DNA of 64,000 nucleotides from Pseudomonadota bacterium (GCA_040756035.1 JBFLZV010000001.1:11892-75891), one strand, 5' to 3'. Shown: positions 29,258 through 38,567, counted from the stretch's first letter. Notes: generated by a model from the sequence alone, not told the origin. Numbers and translations: made by a program.

Positions 29258-31081
29258 TTAGTTGCGGCGGCGCTCCACAAACAAAGCGTTGCCGTTCATT
29301 TGCTTGGCCATCGCCTTGGCGGCGCTCGCCGCGACGGCGATGTCATGATGTGAACCGAAACGGCTGGGAATGATCTCTACCGCGCCGATGGACAGCGTCA
29401 TGATCGGGTAAAATACATCGCCTCCGCGCCGGTCGCGCGCCGTTAAACCACCCTCCGCGCGATGTTTATCCTGGTAGAATTCCGGAATGTCCCGCTCAAA
29501 ACGCCGCAATATGGACGCACAGCGCTCCCACCAATCACCGCTTAGAAACAAGATGATAAAATCATCGCCGCCGATGTGGCCTACAAAATCCCGCTGCCTA
29601 TCGGATGTCTCCACCAATAATTGCGCCAGATATTTGATTACCTCGTCTCCTCTGTCGTAACCATAGCTGTCGTTGAACGGCTTAAAATTGTCGAGATCGC
29701 AGTAACACGCCGTGAAGCACCGCTCGTCATGCAGCAGCTTATCGATGCGCTCGTGCAACGGCACCGTTCCGGGCAACAGCGTAAGCGGATTGGCGTAACG
29801 CGCGTTGTGAACTTGCAGATCGGTGATTTTCTGCAGCAGCCTGAGCAAGGTGCCCATGCCCATGTAGCGTCCATCGCCTGTGATAATGAAGTCGTCGTTG
29901 ATGCGCCACTCCATTTCGTTGGCTACCAGCCTGCTGAGTTTTTCCAGCGGCATGTCTTTATCGACAATGAGCGGCTGGGTATCCATGAACTGAGCAATGG
30001 ATTTTTTTCCGTACAAATCGCGTCCGTAGCGGCTCGCGTAGAGTTGCATAAACGGCAGACGCCTGATAATTCCGACCGGCAGGCCGTTTTGCACGATGGG
30101 GATGGACGTTATACTCTCCTCCGCGTAAAAAATGTCCGCCATCTGATGCAGTGTGGCGTCCGGACCCGCGGCGCGGCGGTCCGTCACCAGCGCGGCGGCG
30201 GTTAGCGTACGCTGCGCCTGCAACGGATCGTCATTCGCCCAGAATCGGGCCGCTAGGGATATATGCGGCGGAAGCACGATGAGCGGCGCCGGACTGGGGC
30301 GTGCGAAATAATAACCCTGCCCGTAATTAATACCCAATTCGCGTATCGCTTGATACTCGCCTTCGGTTTCGACGCCTTCCGCGACGATTTTGCAATTGAG
30401 GCCGAGCGCAATCTCCTGTATGGAATGCACAAACTGCCGCTTACTGCGGTCTTCGTGTATGCCTTGCACAAAATGCATATCAATCTTTACGTAGTCCGGG
30501 CGCAGTTCGTTCCACAGCCGCAAACCCGCGTAGCCGGCGCCCAGGTCATCAATGGCGATCTCGAAACCCATGGACTTATAATGCATGGCGGCCTCGCGCA
30601 ACAGCTCGTAGTCATGCGTGGGCGTGTGTTCAGTCAGCTCCATCACCACGCGACCGGCGTCGATGCCGAGCGCCCGCATGTGCACCAGTGTCTGACTGTA
30701 CTGGCAGTTGTCCTGCGTTAAATAGATGGGGTTGACGTTCAGAAACAACTTGCCGGGCAAATTCAGGCGCTTGTAACCCTCCAGTATGGTTTGCTGGCAC
30801 AGCAACTCCAACTCCGCCAATTGGCCGCTGCGCTGCGCGGCATCGAACAAACTCAGCGGGGCGTGCAAGGGACCATCGGAAGGGCCGCGTATAAGCGCCT
30901 CGTAGCCATAGATAGCATTATCGCGTAACGTAATAATGGGCTGGAACAACGGCGTGAGCAGCCGTTTTTCAAGAACGGCGTCCAACGCCTTGAGCAAGCT
31001 GATGTGCATGCTTCCGGCTTTGCGCTGCACACGGTGCTGCGGTTCCTGGTCTGCCGGCATAGATGACGTTTCGTGGGGCAT
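29258..31081 (-). CDS. EAL-CBS-GGDEF c-di-GMP phosphodiesterase/cyclase
   Basis: FQPI, YEALIRG, IDDLGAGYAGL, AEGVET; CBS pair; DLDNFKPFND and GHIGGDDF; start uncertain (31009-31192). Confidence 0.9.
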   Translation of the reverse strand: MPHETSSMPADQEPQHRVQRKAGSMHISLLKALDAVLEKRLLTPLFQPIITLRDNAIYGYEALIRGPSDGPLHAPLSLFDAAQRSGQLAELELLCQQTILEGYKRLNLPGKLFLNVNPIYLTQDNCQYSQTLVHMRALGIDAGRVVMELTEHTPTHDYELLREAAMHYKSMGFEIAIDDLGAGYAGLRLWNELRPDYVKIDMHFVQGIHEDRSKRQFVHSIQEIALGLNCKIVAEGVETEGEYQAIRELGINYGQGYYFARPSPAPLIVLPPHISLAARFWANDDPLQAQRTLTAAALVTDRRAAGPDATLHQMADIFYAEESITSIPIVQNGLPVGIIRRLPFMQLYASRYGRDLYGKKSIAQFMDTQPLIVDKDMPLEKLSRLVANEMEWRINDDFIITGDGRYMGMGTLLRLLQKITDLQVHNARYANPLTLLPGTVPLHERIDKLLHDERCFTACYCDLDNFKPFNDSYGYDRGDEVIKYLAQLLVETSDRQRDFVGHIGGDDFIILFLSGDWWERCASILRRFERDIPEFYQDKHRAEGGLTARDRRGGDVFYPIMTLSIGAVEIIPSRFGSHHDIAVAASAAKAMAKQMNGNALFVERRRN

Positions 31082-31163
31082 GTGGATTTGCTGGGCGGGT
31101 TCAAGATCGGCACTAGTGTGATCGCCATTTACAGAGACTCGCGTCGCGGGACAAGTTTCATGG

Positions 31164-31514
31164 TCAGACAGGAGACGCGGCGCCGCTGGCACGACGCAGT
31201 TTGCTTACATCCTCGATATGGAGCATGGGGAACAGCGACGCTTCACCGGCCGTGGAATGGCGGCACGGCGTTTCTTTTCCCCCGCAATTGAGCAGGAACT
31301 CGCCTTGCCAATGGCGCCCGATAAGAGCGGCGTCCACCGGCAAAAATTCGACGATAATGTCACCGCCGTTAATCAGCCGAGCAATGTGTATAATTTCCAG
31401 CTCGATATCCTGCGAATTAAGGTATCTATCGCCCACTCTGACTATCCGGTCAGCGCAAGCGTATTCCGTATAGGTGATCTTGCCGTATTCGTGGTAAGTG
31501 TCGTTTTCTTTCAT
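31164..31514 (-). CDS. Hypothetical protein
   Basis: 116-aa ORF whose ATG overlaps (ATGA) the stop of the truncated phytase-like gene; no recognisable motif. Confidence 0.4.
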   Translation of the reverse strand: MKENDTYHEYGKITYTEYACADRIVRVGDRYLNSQDIELEIIHIARLINGGDIIVEFLPVDAALIGRHWQGEFLLNCGGKETPCRHSTAGEASLFPMLHIEDVSKLRRASGAASPV

Positions 31515-32073
31515 GGAGGCGCTTCCAATACCTTGCCGCCAGCGTCGGTGTGAATCAGAAACGGCCCGAACTCGTCGCCGAACCAGAGCGTGCCATCCTG
31601 CGCGTGCTGCATGGATTCGATATCGAAGTCCGCGCCGGTGAGAATCCGCGCGTCGCTGAAATGATTCGTGATGGAAAATGGGATTTTCTTATTGGGATCA
31701 TGCAACTCGAAATGGCCTACACTTGAATATCACCCGCGCCGCCGTCCTTGGTCTCAAAGCGCGAGCGGATGTGATACACGCGCAGATTGAAATCGGCGGA
31801 ATTCTCCAGGCTGCCGAAGCCGTTGTCGGACATCACGTAAAACGTACCGTCATTGTTTTTCAGCACGGCGGAAAAACCCTGCACCGGCTGCTTATTGAGG
31901 AACGGCGCCGCATGCCCGTTGGCGCCGCCATTGATGAATTGCCCGGACGTCGCTCCTGCGGTGAAGGTATCGGTGGGCAATATCGCACGGCCCTGCAAAA
32001 ATGTGTCCGCCTGCGCGGCCAGCGCCAACATCAATGCGGCCAGTCTGCAGATTACCGATTTTGACCTGTTCAT
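31511..32073 (-). pseudogene. Frameshifted and truncated esterase-like phytase family gene
   Basis: Signal peptide, QPVQGFSA, MSDNGFG, continuing in another frame after about 31718 (GHFELHDP...LTGADFDIES...WFGDEFGPFL); stops after LEAPP. Confidence 0.82.
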
Positions 32074-32130
32074 GCTCCCCTCCCTGTTTAGTTTCGATGG
32101 AACCATGCGAGAGGAGCGTAATCACGACGG

Positions 32131-32159
32131 GTGACAGCAAAATGAAATTACCGTGAAAT
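32131..32159 (-). promoter_or_regulatory. Three-unit Pho box upstream of the phytase-like pseudogene
   Basis: Minus strand ATTTCAC-GGTA-ATTTCAT-TTTG-CTGTCAC, 11-bp period. Confidence 0.62.
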
Positions 32160-32209
32160 TTTGGATGCGCCTTGTAGCGGACGCCGTATGTTATGAAGTT
32201 CCTCGGAGT

Positions 32210-33241
32210 TTATTCAGTACATGGCGCCGGCTGCAGCACGGTGGCTTGCGCCGCGAGTAGATTATCGAGAAATTGCCGCGTGCATTTTTCCCAGGAAAAC
32301 TGCAACGCCGCCTCGCGGCAACGCGCGCCGTCCAACTCTAAGGCGCACAGCGCGGCGCTTTGCAAGTCCTCGTCCAGGCAGCCGGTAACGCCGGGGGCGA
32401 TAACGTCCAACGGCCCGCGCACCGGGTAGGCGGCCACCGGCACGCCGCACGCCAGCGCCTCGATCAACACCAGCCCGAAGGTGTCGGTGCGGCTGGGGAA
32501 CACGAATACGTCCGCCGCGGCCAAGTGCCGCGCCAAATCTTCTCCGGTTTTGAAGCCCACAAAATTAACCGTCGCGTAGCGGCGGCGCAGCTTGTCGAGA
32601 TCGGGGCCGTCGCCGATCACGAGCTTGGCGCCGGGCAGGTCGAGTCTTAAAAAATCCTCGATATTTTTTTCCACCGCGACGCGCCCGAGATAAGCGAAAA
32701 TAGGCTGAGCATCGGATAAAAATTTTTCATCGCGCGGGCGGAAAAGATCGGCGTCCACGCCGCGCGACCACAGCGTGAGGTTGGCGAAGCCTTTGGCCTC
32801 CAGCTCTTGCTTGAGCGCCGCGGTCGCCACCATGGTGTGGCGCGCCGCGCCGTGAAACCAGCGTTGCAGGGCATAAGTAAGCGTCAGTGGGACATGGAAG
32901 CGCAGCTTGACGTATTCGGGAAAGCGCGTGTGGTACGACGTGGTGAACGGGAAGCGTTGTTTTACGCACCAGGCGCGCGCCGCCAGCCCCAGCGGTCCTT
33001 CGGTGGCGATGTGCACGGCGTCGGCTTGCAGGGCGCGTAGTTTTTCGCGCACTTTCCCGCCCGGAAAAAGCGCCAGCCGTATCTCCGGGTAGCTCGGACA
33101 GGGCACGGTCTTGAACTGATCGGGCGTAATCATCTCCACCGCATGGCCCAATTTTTCCAATGGCCGCTTGGTCTGGAACAGCGTGGTGACGACGCCGTTG
33201 ATTTGCGGAAACCAGGCGTCACTGACTATAACAATTTTCAT
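32210..33241 (-). CDS. GT4 glycosyltransferase (Agt-like diacylglycerol glycosyltransferase)
   Basis: SDAWFPQINGVV, HIATEGPLG, YHTRFPEY, GRVAVEKN, FPSRTDTFGLV; coupled to the plcP-like gene. Confidence 0.88.
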   Translation of the reverse strand: MKIVIVSDAWFPQINGVVTTLFQTKRPLEKLGHAVEMITPDQFKTVPCPSYPEIRLALFPGGKVREKLRALQADAVHIATEGPLGLAARAWCVKQRFPFTTSYHTRFPEYVKLRFHVPLTLTYALQRWFHGAARHTMVATAALKQELEAKGFANLTLWSRGVDADLFRPRDEKFLSDAQPIFAYLGRVAVEKNIEDFLRLDLPGAKLVIGDGPDLDKLRRRYATVNFVGFKTGEDLARHLAAADVFVFPSRTDTFGLVLIEALACGVPVAAYPVRGPLDVIAPGVTGCLDEDLQSAALCALELDGARCREAALQFSWEKCTRQFLDNLLAAQATVLQPAPCTE

Positions 33242-34007
33242 ATTCTCTCTCTTGCAGTAAAAACGCGCTCTCTTCCGCCCAGCGGATCACCGCCAGCGCT
33301 CCGTCCGGGTGCTCCACCAGCGCGGTGCAGCTTTCCACCCAGTCGCCGTCGTTGCAGTACAATATGCCGTCGACATCTTCGATGACGGCCTTGTGAATGT
33401 GGCCGCAGATCACGCCGTCGAGCTTGCGTTTGCGTGCCTCGTGAATCAGGGCCTGCTCGAAATTGCTGATATACTTGACGGCGTTTTTAACTTTGTCTTT
33501 CAGATAAGCGGCCAATGACCAATAAGGAAATCCGAGTTTGCGCCGGAAATAATTGACGCAGCGGTTGCTGAGCAACAGTAGCTCGTAGATGCCGCTGCCG
33601 AGCAGTGCCAGCCAGCGGCTGTGTTTAACGACGGCGTCGAATTCATCGCCGTGGATGACGAGCAATTTGCGGCCGTCGGCGGTTTTGTGGATCGCCTCGG
33701 CGCGAATCGGCACGCGCGCGAAGGTTTGGCCGGCATAGTCGCGGAACAGTTCGTCGTGGTTGCCGGGCACATAAATCACCTTGGTGCCGCGCGCCGCTTT
33801 GGCGAGTATGGCGTGGATGACCTGGCTGTGCAGCGCCGGCCAGTACCACAAGGTTTTCATGCTCCAGATGTCGATCATGTCGCCGATCAAGTAGAGATAC
33901 TCGGATTCGGTTTGCTTGAGAAAATCCAGGAGAAATTCGGCCTTGCAGGCGCGTATGCCGAGGTGCACATCCGAGATCCAGATGGAGCGGAAACGTAGAG
34001 GTTCCAT
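33219..34007 (-). CDS. plcP: Metallophosphoesterase, PlcP-like phospholipase C (LpxH-like family)
   Basis: ISDVHLG, GDMID, PGNHDE, HGDEFD, CGHIH, NDGDWVES; context with GT4, dgkA and Pho regulon genes. Confidence 0.78.
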   Translation of the reverse strand: MEPLRFRSIWISDVHLGIRACKAEFLLDFLKQTESEYLYLIGDMIDIWSMKTLWYWPALHSQVIHAILAKAARGTKVIYVPGNHDELFRDYAGQTFARVPIRAEAIHKTADGRKLLVIHGDEFDAVVKHSRWLALLGSGIYELLLLSNRCVNYFRRKLGFPYWSLAAYLKDKVKNAVKYISNFEQALIHEARKRKLDGVICGHIHKAVIEDVDGILYCNDGDWVESCTALVEHPDGALAVIRWAEESAFLLQEREYENCYSQ

Positions 34008-34144
34008 TAACTATCTCCACTTAGTGATTGTTTTACTTTATCGAGCGAATGTTACAATTCGTCGCAAATACACACTTTTCATGAAAAGTTCATAATCGAC
34101 CGGTATGTTGGCAAACTAGAATTTTCCGGCACCGGAGCACGCCT

Positions 34145-34519
34145 TTGCTGAAGAACACAGCCGTCGGCCTCGCCAGTGAAATCCGACGCATAAGCCGCGC
34201 CACCGGCTATTCCTTGGCCGGCATCAGGGCTGCGTGGCGCAACGAAGCCGCCTTCCGTTTGGAGGCTATGCTGTTCATCATATTGGCGCCCCTGGGCATG
34301 TGGCTCGGCGACAGCGGCTTGGAGCGGGTGTTTCTGGTGGGCAGTTTGCTGCTGGTATTAATCGTGGAGATCATCAATTCCAGCATCGAAGCCGCGATAG
34401 ACCGCATCGGCCTGGAGCATCACGCCCTATCGGGCCGCGCCAAGGACATGGGTTCCGGCGCGGTGTTTCTCGCGCTGCTGAACGTCGTGATGGTATGGAT
34501 TTTGGTGCTTTATAGTTAA
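34145..34519 (+). CDS. dgkA: Diacylglycerol kinase
   Basis: YSLAGI, EAAFRLE, VEIINSSIEAAIDRIG, AKDMGSGAV. Confidence 0.93.
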   Translation: MLKNTAVGLASEIRRISRATGYSLAGIRAAWRNEAAFRLEAMLFIILAPLGMWLGDSGLERVFLVGSLLLVLIVEIINSSIEAAIDRIGLEHHALSGRAKDMGSGAVFLALLNVVMVWILVLYS

Positions 34520-34541
34520 CCCGGACCAAGCACCGAGTACA

Positions 34542-34570
34542 GAAAAAAACAGGCGGCCTTGCGCCGCCTG
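34542..34570 (-). terminator. Rho-independent terminator (phoX side)
   Basis: Minus strand CAGGCGGC-GCAAG-GCCGCCTG-TTTTTTT. Confidence 0.75.
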
Positions 34571-34575
34571 CCGTA

Positions 34576-34673
34576 AAGTTCATCCTTCGCTAGGCCATCC
34601 GGCTTCGCTTGGATGCCAGGGTTTGCCTTCCATGGCAAACCCATTCGCCGCTTCGCGGCTCACCCATGAACTT
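34576..34673. repeat. Small palindromic MITE/REP-like element
   Basis: Terminal inverted AAGTTCAT/ATGAACTT; internal hairpin GGGTTTGCC-TTCCAT-GGCAAACCC; shares GCCATCC and TTCGCGGCTC motifs with 49934-50030. Confidence 0.55.
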
Positions 34674-34706
34674 ACTTACGTCCCTGCCGAGGAAACAACC
34701 GCCGGA

Positions 34707-36206
34707 CTAATCGCTTTTCTTTACCTTGAAGCCCTCGATCCTCAACAAGGCGCCCTGGCCGGTGGCGCGGTGCTGGATGTTGAGATACGCGCGTTTGCCG
34801 CTGGCGTCGAAAATCATGCCGGTGGATTCGGCATCGGTATCTTTCACGGACAAGACGCGGATACAGCCGTCGCTCTGCACGTCGCGATCTTGGCCATCCG
34901 GCAAACACGCCCAGATGTCGGCGCCGCGCAGTTCCTTCAGCGTGCCGTCGGCATTGAGTGCTTCAGTCTCGCTGTCTTCCTGCGTGTACAAAACACCTGT
35001 ATAAGGCTGGAACGCCACGTTGTCGAACTGGTTCATATCGCGATCGCCCGTTACAAAACGCGTAACAATGGGGGCGCGTCCGGTGTTGGCGCCGGCGACA
35101 ACGCTGTCGTTCAGACACATGATCTCACCGTAGTGATGACCGGTTTCGATGGCGCTGGTCACCGCGTTGGTGATGCGTCCGGTGTTGGTCCAGCACATGC
35201 GCAGGACGCCGTTCGCCATCGCCAGCGGATCACGATCCATGTCTTCGGGACGGTAATATCCGGTGAGACCCAGCGCGTTTTGCGCGCTGCCGAGATTGAT
35301 GTTGCCGAACGCGTCGCTGTGACTCGCGGCGTTGATCGTGACCCAAACACCCTGACCAATTTCGGAACCCTGGCCGTAATCGGTGTTGCCGCTGCGCGTG
35401 CCCAGGCGCATCCCATAATTCGTACCGCTCGCGAACGGTGATTGATTAGGATCGGTGATCACGCCCATGGAGCTTTGATATGGCACGGCGGGGATGAATT
35501 TATAAATAGCGCCGCCCGCCTTACCGTTGCCGGGGCGTTTTTCATCGCCGAAATACAGCGTGCCGTTTTCCAGTATGACCACGCCTTCCCACGACACGTT
35601 GCCCACCGCCTTGCGCTTCACCACACGGCTGTCGGTGCTGGTGCCCGCGGCGCGATCCGTGATGATCACGGGAGCGGCGCCGCTCAGGCTCATCGGATTC
35701 ATGATCTCATAGAAGCCGCCGTTGGCGCCGGCCTCTTCGCCCACCACCAGCGAACCCCACGGCGTGCGCTTGATGGGGTCGCAAGAGGAAATGCCTTTTA
35801 CGATGGTTTCCACGTTGTGGTTCGGGTCGCCGTTCAGGTCCACGCGCTGCACGCTTACCATCGTGGGATTATTGCCGCTGAAGAAATTTTCCACGCACAC
35901 GAAGGCGTGAGTAGGATTAACATCGTTCGGCCACAGCGCGATCATGTCCGCCTGCGCGTGCGTAACGTTGGACACCGCGTAGGCTTTCAGGCCCTTGGCC
36001 AACTCCACGACGTTGACGTTATCCGCGGCGGTGTAGGGGCCGAGGGCGCTTTCCGCCGACGGCTTGTCAATCCCGAACAACTGTTCGGAGCGGGATTGAA
36101 GTTGATGCTCCATAAAACGGCCGAAATCCTTGTCTTCGCCGGCGCAGCTTGCCGCGGTTTGCAAAAGTCCCGCTCCGGCCAGCGTAATTACCAATAAATG
36201 TTTCAT
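34707..36206 (-). CDS. phoX: PhoX-family alkaline phosphatase (DUF839)
   Basis: TPWG..EE, WEG, RPED, FDN, QED, AESTG..F, NIQH motifs; AAGGAG RBS before ATG 36206. Confidence 0.82.
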   Translation of the reverse strand: MKHLLVITLAGAGLLQTAASCAGEDKDFGRFMEHQLQSRSEQLFGIDKPSAESALGPYTAADNVNVVELAKGLKAYAVSNVTHAQADMIALWPNDVNPTHAFVCVENFFSGNNPTMVSVQRVDLNGDPNHNVETIVKGISSCDPIKRTPWGSLVVGEEAGANGGFYEIMNPMSLSGAAPVIITDRAAGTSTDSRVVKRKAVGNVSWEGVVILENGTLYFGDEKRPGNGKAGGAIYKFIPAVPYQSSMGVITDPNQSPFASGTNYGMRLGTRSGNTDYGQGSEIGQGVWVTINAASHSDAFGNINLGSAQNALGLTGYYRPEDMDRDPLAMANGVLRMCWTNTGRITNAVTSAIETGHHYGEIMCLNDSVVAGANTGRAPIVTRFVTGDRDMNQFDNVAFQPYTGVLYTQEDSETEALNADGTLKELRGADIWACLPDGQDRDVQSDGCIRVLSVKDTDAESTGMIFDASGKRAYLNIQHRATGQGALLRIEGFKVKKSD

Positions 36207-36522
36207 GCAATGGCTCCTTAGGTAATGGATGAACTCACACCCAGGCAGCCTAGCGCACCGATGTGACGCCACAATGACGTGCTGATGAAACCTGTTAGAT
36301 GCATTCCTCGACTTCCGTGTTCCATGAAACTCTCCGGTAATGAAACATTCACGCTCCTGTAACATTTCTCCTGCATTCTTACCGTCACACAATGTTCCGA
36401 GGCTAGCCGGATCAATTATTGCAGAGACGTACAACCGTGTCTGAATCGGGGAAAAAGGATAGACCTCCGTGGTGCACAGCCGTTTCCGGCGCGCCCCAAT
36501 TATTTGAACAAGGGAACTTGAA

Positions 36523-36543
36523 AAATGATAATGATTATCATTT
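36523..36543. promoter_or_regulatory. Fur box upstream of the porin
   Basis: AAATGATAAT-G-ATTATCATTT palindrome matching the GATAAT-hexamer Fur consensus. Confidence 0.85.
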
Positions 36544-36589
36544 AATATATGCAGAACTAATCATTAATCCTACAGCGGAGAATGTCTAA

Positions 36590-37690
36590 ATGAAGTGCTC
36601 TTTCAACGAAAAGCTTTACCCCCTCCTGGCCGGAGCGCTGCTCGCCGCGCCCCTGAGCGCCGCAGCGGCGGACGGCAACGTCACCGTCTATGGCAAGGCG
36701 CGCACCTCGGTTAATTTCACCGACACCGACGCCGCCGGCTCCAGCAACATTACCAGCGTATCCAGCAACAACTCACGCCTGGGCTTCAAGGGTACGGAGG
36801 ATTTAGGTAATGGTATGAAGGCCTTTTTCCAATTCGAAACCCTGGTCAACCTGGACGACGGCTCAGGCGGCAGCGGCGGTGTAACCAATACAGGTACGCT
36901 ACTTGGCTCGTTCCGCAACAGCTACGTCGGCCTCGCCACCGGCCTGGGCAGTTTCTTATTGGGCGCCACGGATAACCCCTATAAACTCGCCACCGGCAAA
37001 CTAGACATTTACGCAGACACCCTGGCGGATTTCAACGCCATCATCGGCAATGTCAGCGGGGCGGGCACACCGTTCGATGAGCGCGAACCCAACAGCTTCA
37101 ATTACTGGAGTCCCAAGTTCAACGGCTTTCAAGTACAGGCCGGCTATCGCGTCGATGAAACCAGCGGAGTCAACCGCGATCGCTACAGCGTCAACGCCAA
37201 TTACGAAAGCGGCCCGTTGTTCGGCAGCATCGCTTACGAACAGCACGACAATGATAACGTAGCTGGCGCGGGCGGCAATGACAGTGACGGCCTCAAATTT
37301 GGCGTGGGCTACGCCTTCAACGAGGAAAAAACCAAGGTAAATCTGGTGTACGAGAAACTGAACGAAGACAACATAGCGAGCGTGCTCGACCGCGACGCAT
37401 GGTATCTGGCTTTAGCGCACAAGATGGGCAATAACACCTTCAAGGCCGCCTTCGCCAACGCGGATGACAACGACGTCGCCGACAACACCGGCGCCAAGTG
37501 GTTCGTACTAGGGTTGGATCACGCACTCAGCAAGCGCACCGCCGTTTACGCGCTCTACACCAAAACCGATAACGACAGCGGCGCGCGCTACGGCCTGGGC
37601 ACCGGCGGCTCCAGCGGCGCCGTCGTCCCCACCGCTACCACCGGCCTGGACCCCTCCAGCTTCTCCATCGGCATCAACCACGACTTCTAA
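36590..37690 (+). CDS. Gram-negative trimeric porin
   Basis: Signal peptide, VTVYG, SRLGFKGTEDLGNG, LSKRTAVY, C-terminal GINHDF. Confidence 0.93.
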   Translation: MKCSFNEKLYPLLAGALLAAPLSAAAADGNVTVYGKARTSVNFTDTDAAGSSNITSVSSNNSRLGFKGTEDLGNGMKAFFQFETLVNLDDGSGGSGGVTNTGTLLGSFRNSYVGLATGLGSFLLGATDNPYKLATGKLDIYADTLADFNAIIGNVSGAGTPFDEREPNSFNYWSPKFNGFQVQAGYRVDETSGVNRDRYSVNANYESGPLFGSIAYEQHDNDNVAGAGGNDSDGLKFGVGYAFNEEKTKVNLVYEKLNEDNIASVLDRDAWYLALAHKMGNNTFKAAFANADDNDVADNTGAKWFVLGLDHALSKRTAVYALYTKTDNDSGARYGLGTGGSSGAVVPTATTGLDPSSFSIGINHDF

Positions 37691-37746
37691 TTTCTCCTGC
37701 GGTTCTTTCCCCGTCAACGGACACCTCGCGTGTCCGTTTTTTTTAA
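37670..37746 (+). repeat. Direct repeat copy 1 (porin 3' end plus terminator)
   Basis: GGCATCAACCACGACTTCTAA...CGGACACCTCGCGTGTCCG-T8-AA; recurs at 38441 with one substitution and one T fewer. Confidence 0.95.
37716..37744 (+). terminator. Porin rho-independent terminator
   Basis: AACGGACAC-CTCGC-GTGTCCGTT followed by a T tract. Confidence 0.85.
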
Positions 37747-37781
37747 GCGGGTATCCAACTTTATCTATCCTCGAATGCCTC

Positions 37782-38084
37782 TTATGAAAAATAACCGGCG
37801 TCTATATCGCGCGCATGGTGCACAACCCGAACGACAACAACACCGTCCGATTCCGCCAAATAGAAAATGATATAAGGCGTCCGCGTCGGAAAGCTTTGCA
37901 GCCTCTCCGCCAGTTCCGGGCGTGCTCTACCCATTTCAGGCTGCATGCTCAGCAAGACGGCCGTTTCATGGATGGAGTCCAGCGCAGCGTCAGCGGCGGC
38001 GGCGGCAATATTATCTTCTGCGATCGTTAACCAAAGCTCGAGCAGGTCTGCCTCTGCAATACTGGTATACCGAACACGCGCCAT
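37782..38084 (-). CDS. parE: ParE/RelE-family toxin
   Basis: AEADLLELWLTIA, PEMGRARPEL, YIIFY, VVRVVHHARDI. Confidence 0.9.
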   Translation of the reverse strand: MARVRYTSIAEADLLELWLTIAEDNIAAAAADAALDSIHETAVLLSMQPEMGRARPELAERLQSFPTRTPYIIFYLAESDGVVVVRVVHHARDIDAGYFS

Positions 38085-38359
38085 CAGGTAACGGCTTTTC
38101 GCTTTTTAAGTTCACGTCGCCCGCGCTGCTTCAATCGGGCAATATCGAGTTCGCTTACACGTCCGGTTTTGACATCTTCCATGCCTTTAACGATGTCCTG
38201 GCGCAAACTGTCCAGCTTGGCGGTCTTGACCAGTTCGTATGCCTCAAAAAGCCTCAGTGCTTCACGAATCACCTCGCTCGCGGAACCATACATGCCCGAC
38301 TCTACACGCTGGCGAATACGCGCCTCCAATTCCGGCGGCAAAGATACGTTCATTGACAT
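38084..38359 (-). CDS. parD: ParD-family RHH antitoxin
   Basis: MNVSLPPELE, VESGMYGSASEVIREALR; stop overlaps the toxin start. Confidence 0.9.
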   Translation of the reverse strand: MSMNVSLPPELEARIRQRVESGMYGSASEVIREALRLFEAYELVKTAKLDSLRQDIVKGMEDVKTGRVSELDIARLKQRGRRELKKRKAVT

Positions 38360-38389
38360 GATATTACCCTCGGGAAGTTGCCAAGTAAG

Positions 38390-38408
38390 TATGGCATTTT
38401 ATGCCATA
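38390..38408. promoter_or_regulatory. Putative parDE autoregulatory operator
   Basis: Palindrome TATGGCAT-TTT-ATGCCATA just upstream of parD. Confidence 0.6.
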
Positions 38409-38440
38409 AATTGCCACAACTTTTTCATATCCCCAAAGAG

Positions 38441-38516
38441 GGCATCAACCACGACTTCTAACTTCTCCTGCGGTTCTTTCCCCGTCAACGGACACCTCGC
38501 GTGTCCGTTTTTTTAA
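38441..38516 (+). repeat. Direct repeat copy 2 (duplicated porin 3' end plus terminator)
   Basis: Near-identical to 37670-37746; period 771 bp. Confidence 0.95.
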
Positions 38517-38567
38517 ACGCACATGCAACAACATTTGAGACGTTATATCCGCGGGGAACTGGAATAA

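Noticed and set aside
34051-34093. Possible Pho boxes between plcP and dgkA (TTGTAAC half-site; TTTTCAT-GAAA-AGTTCAT)
   Set aside because: Matches are weak and partly explained by a simple palindrome; not called without a PWM.
37670-38516. Direct repeats as a CRISPR array or tRNA att site
   Set aside because: Only two copies, 77 bp long with a 0.7-kb gene-containing interval; the sequence is porin coding end plus terminator; no cas or tRNA genes.
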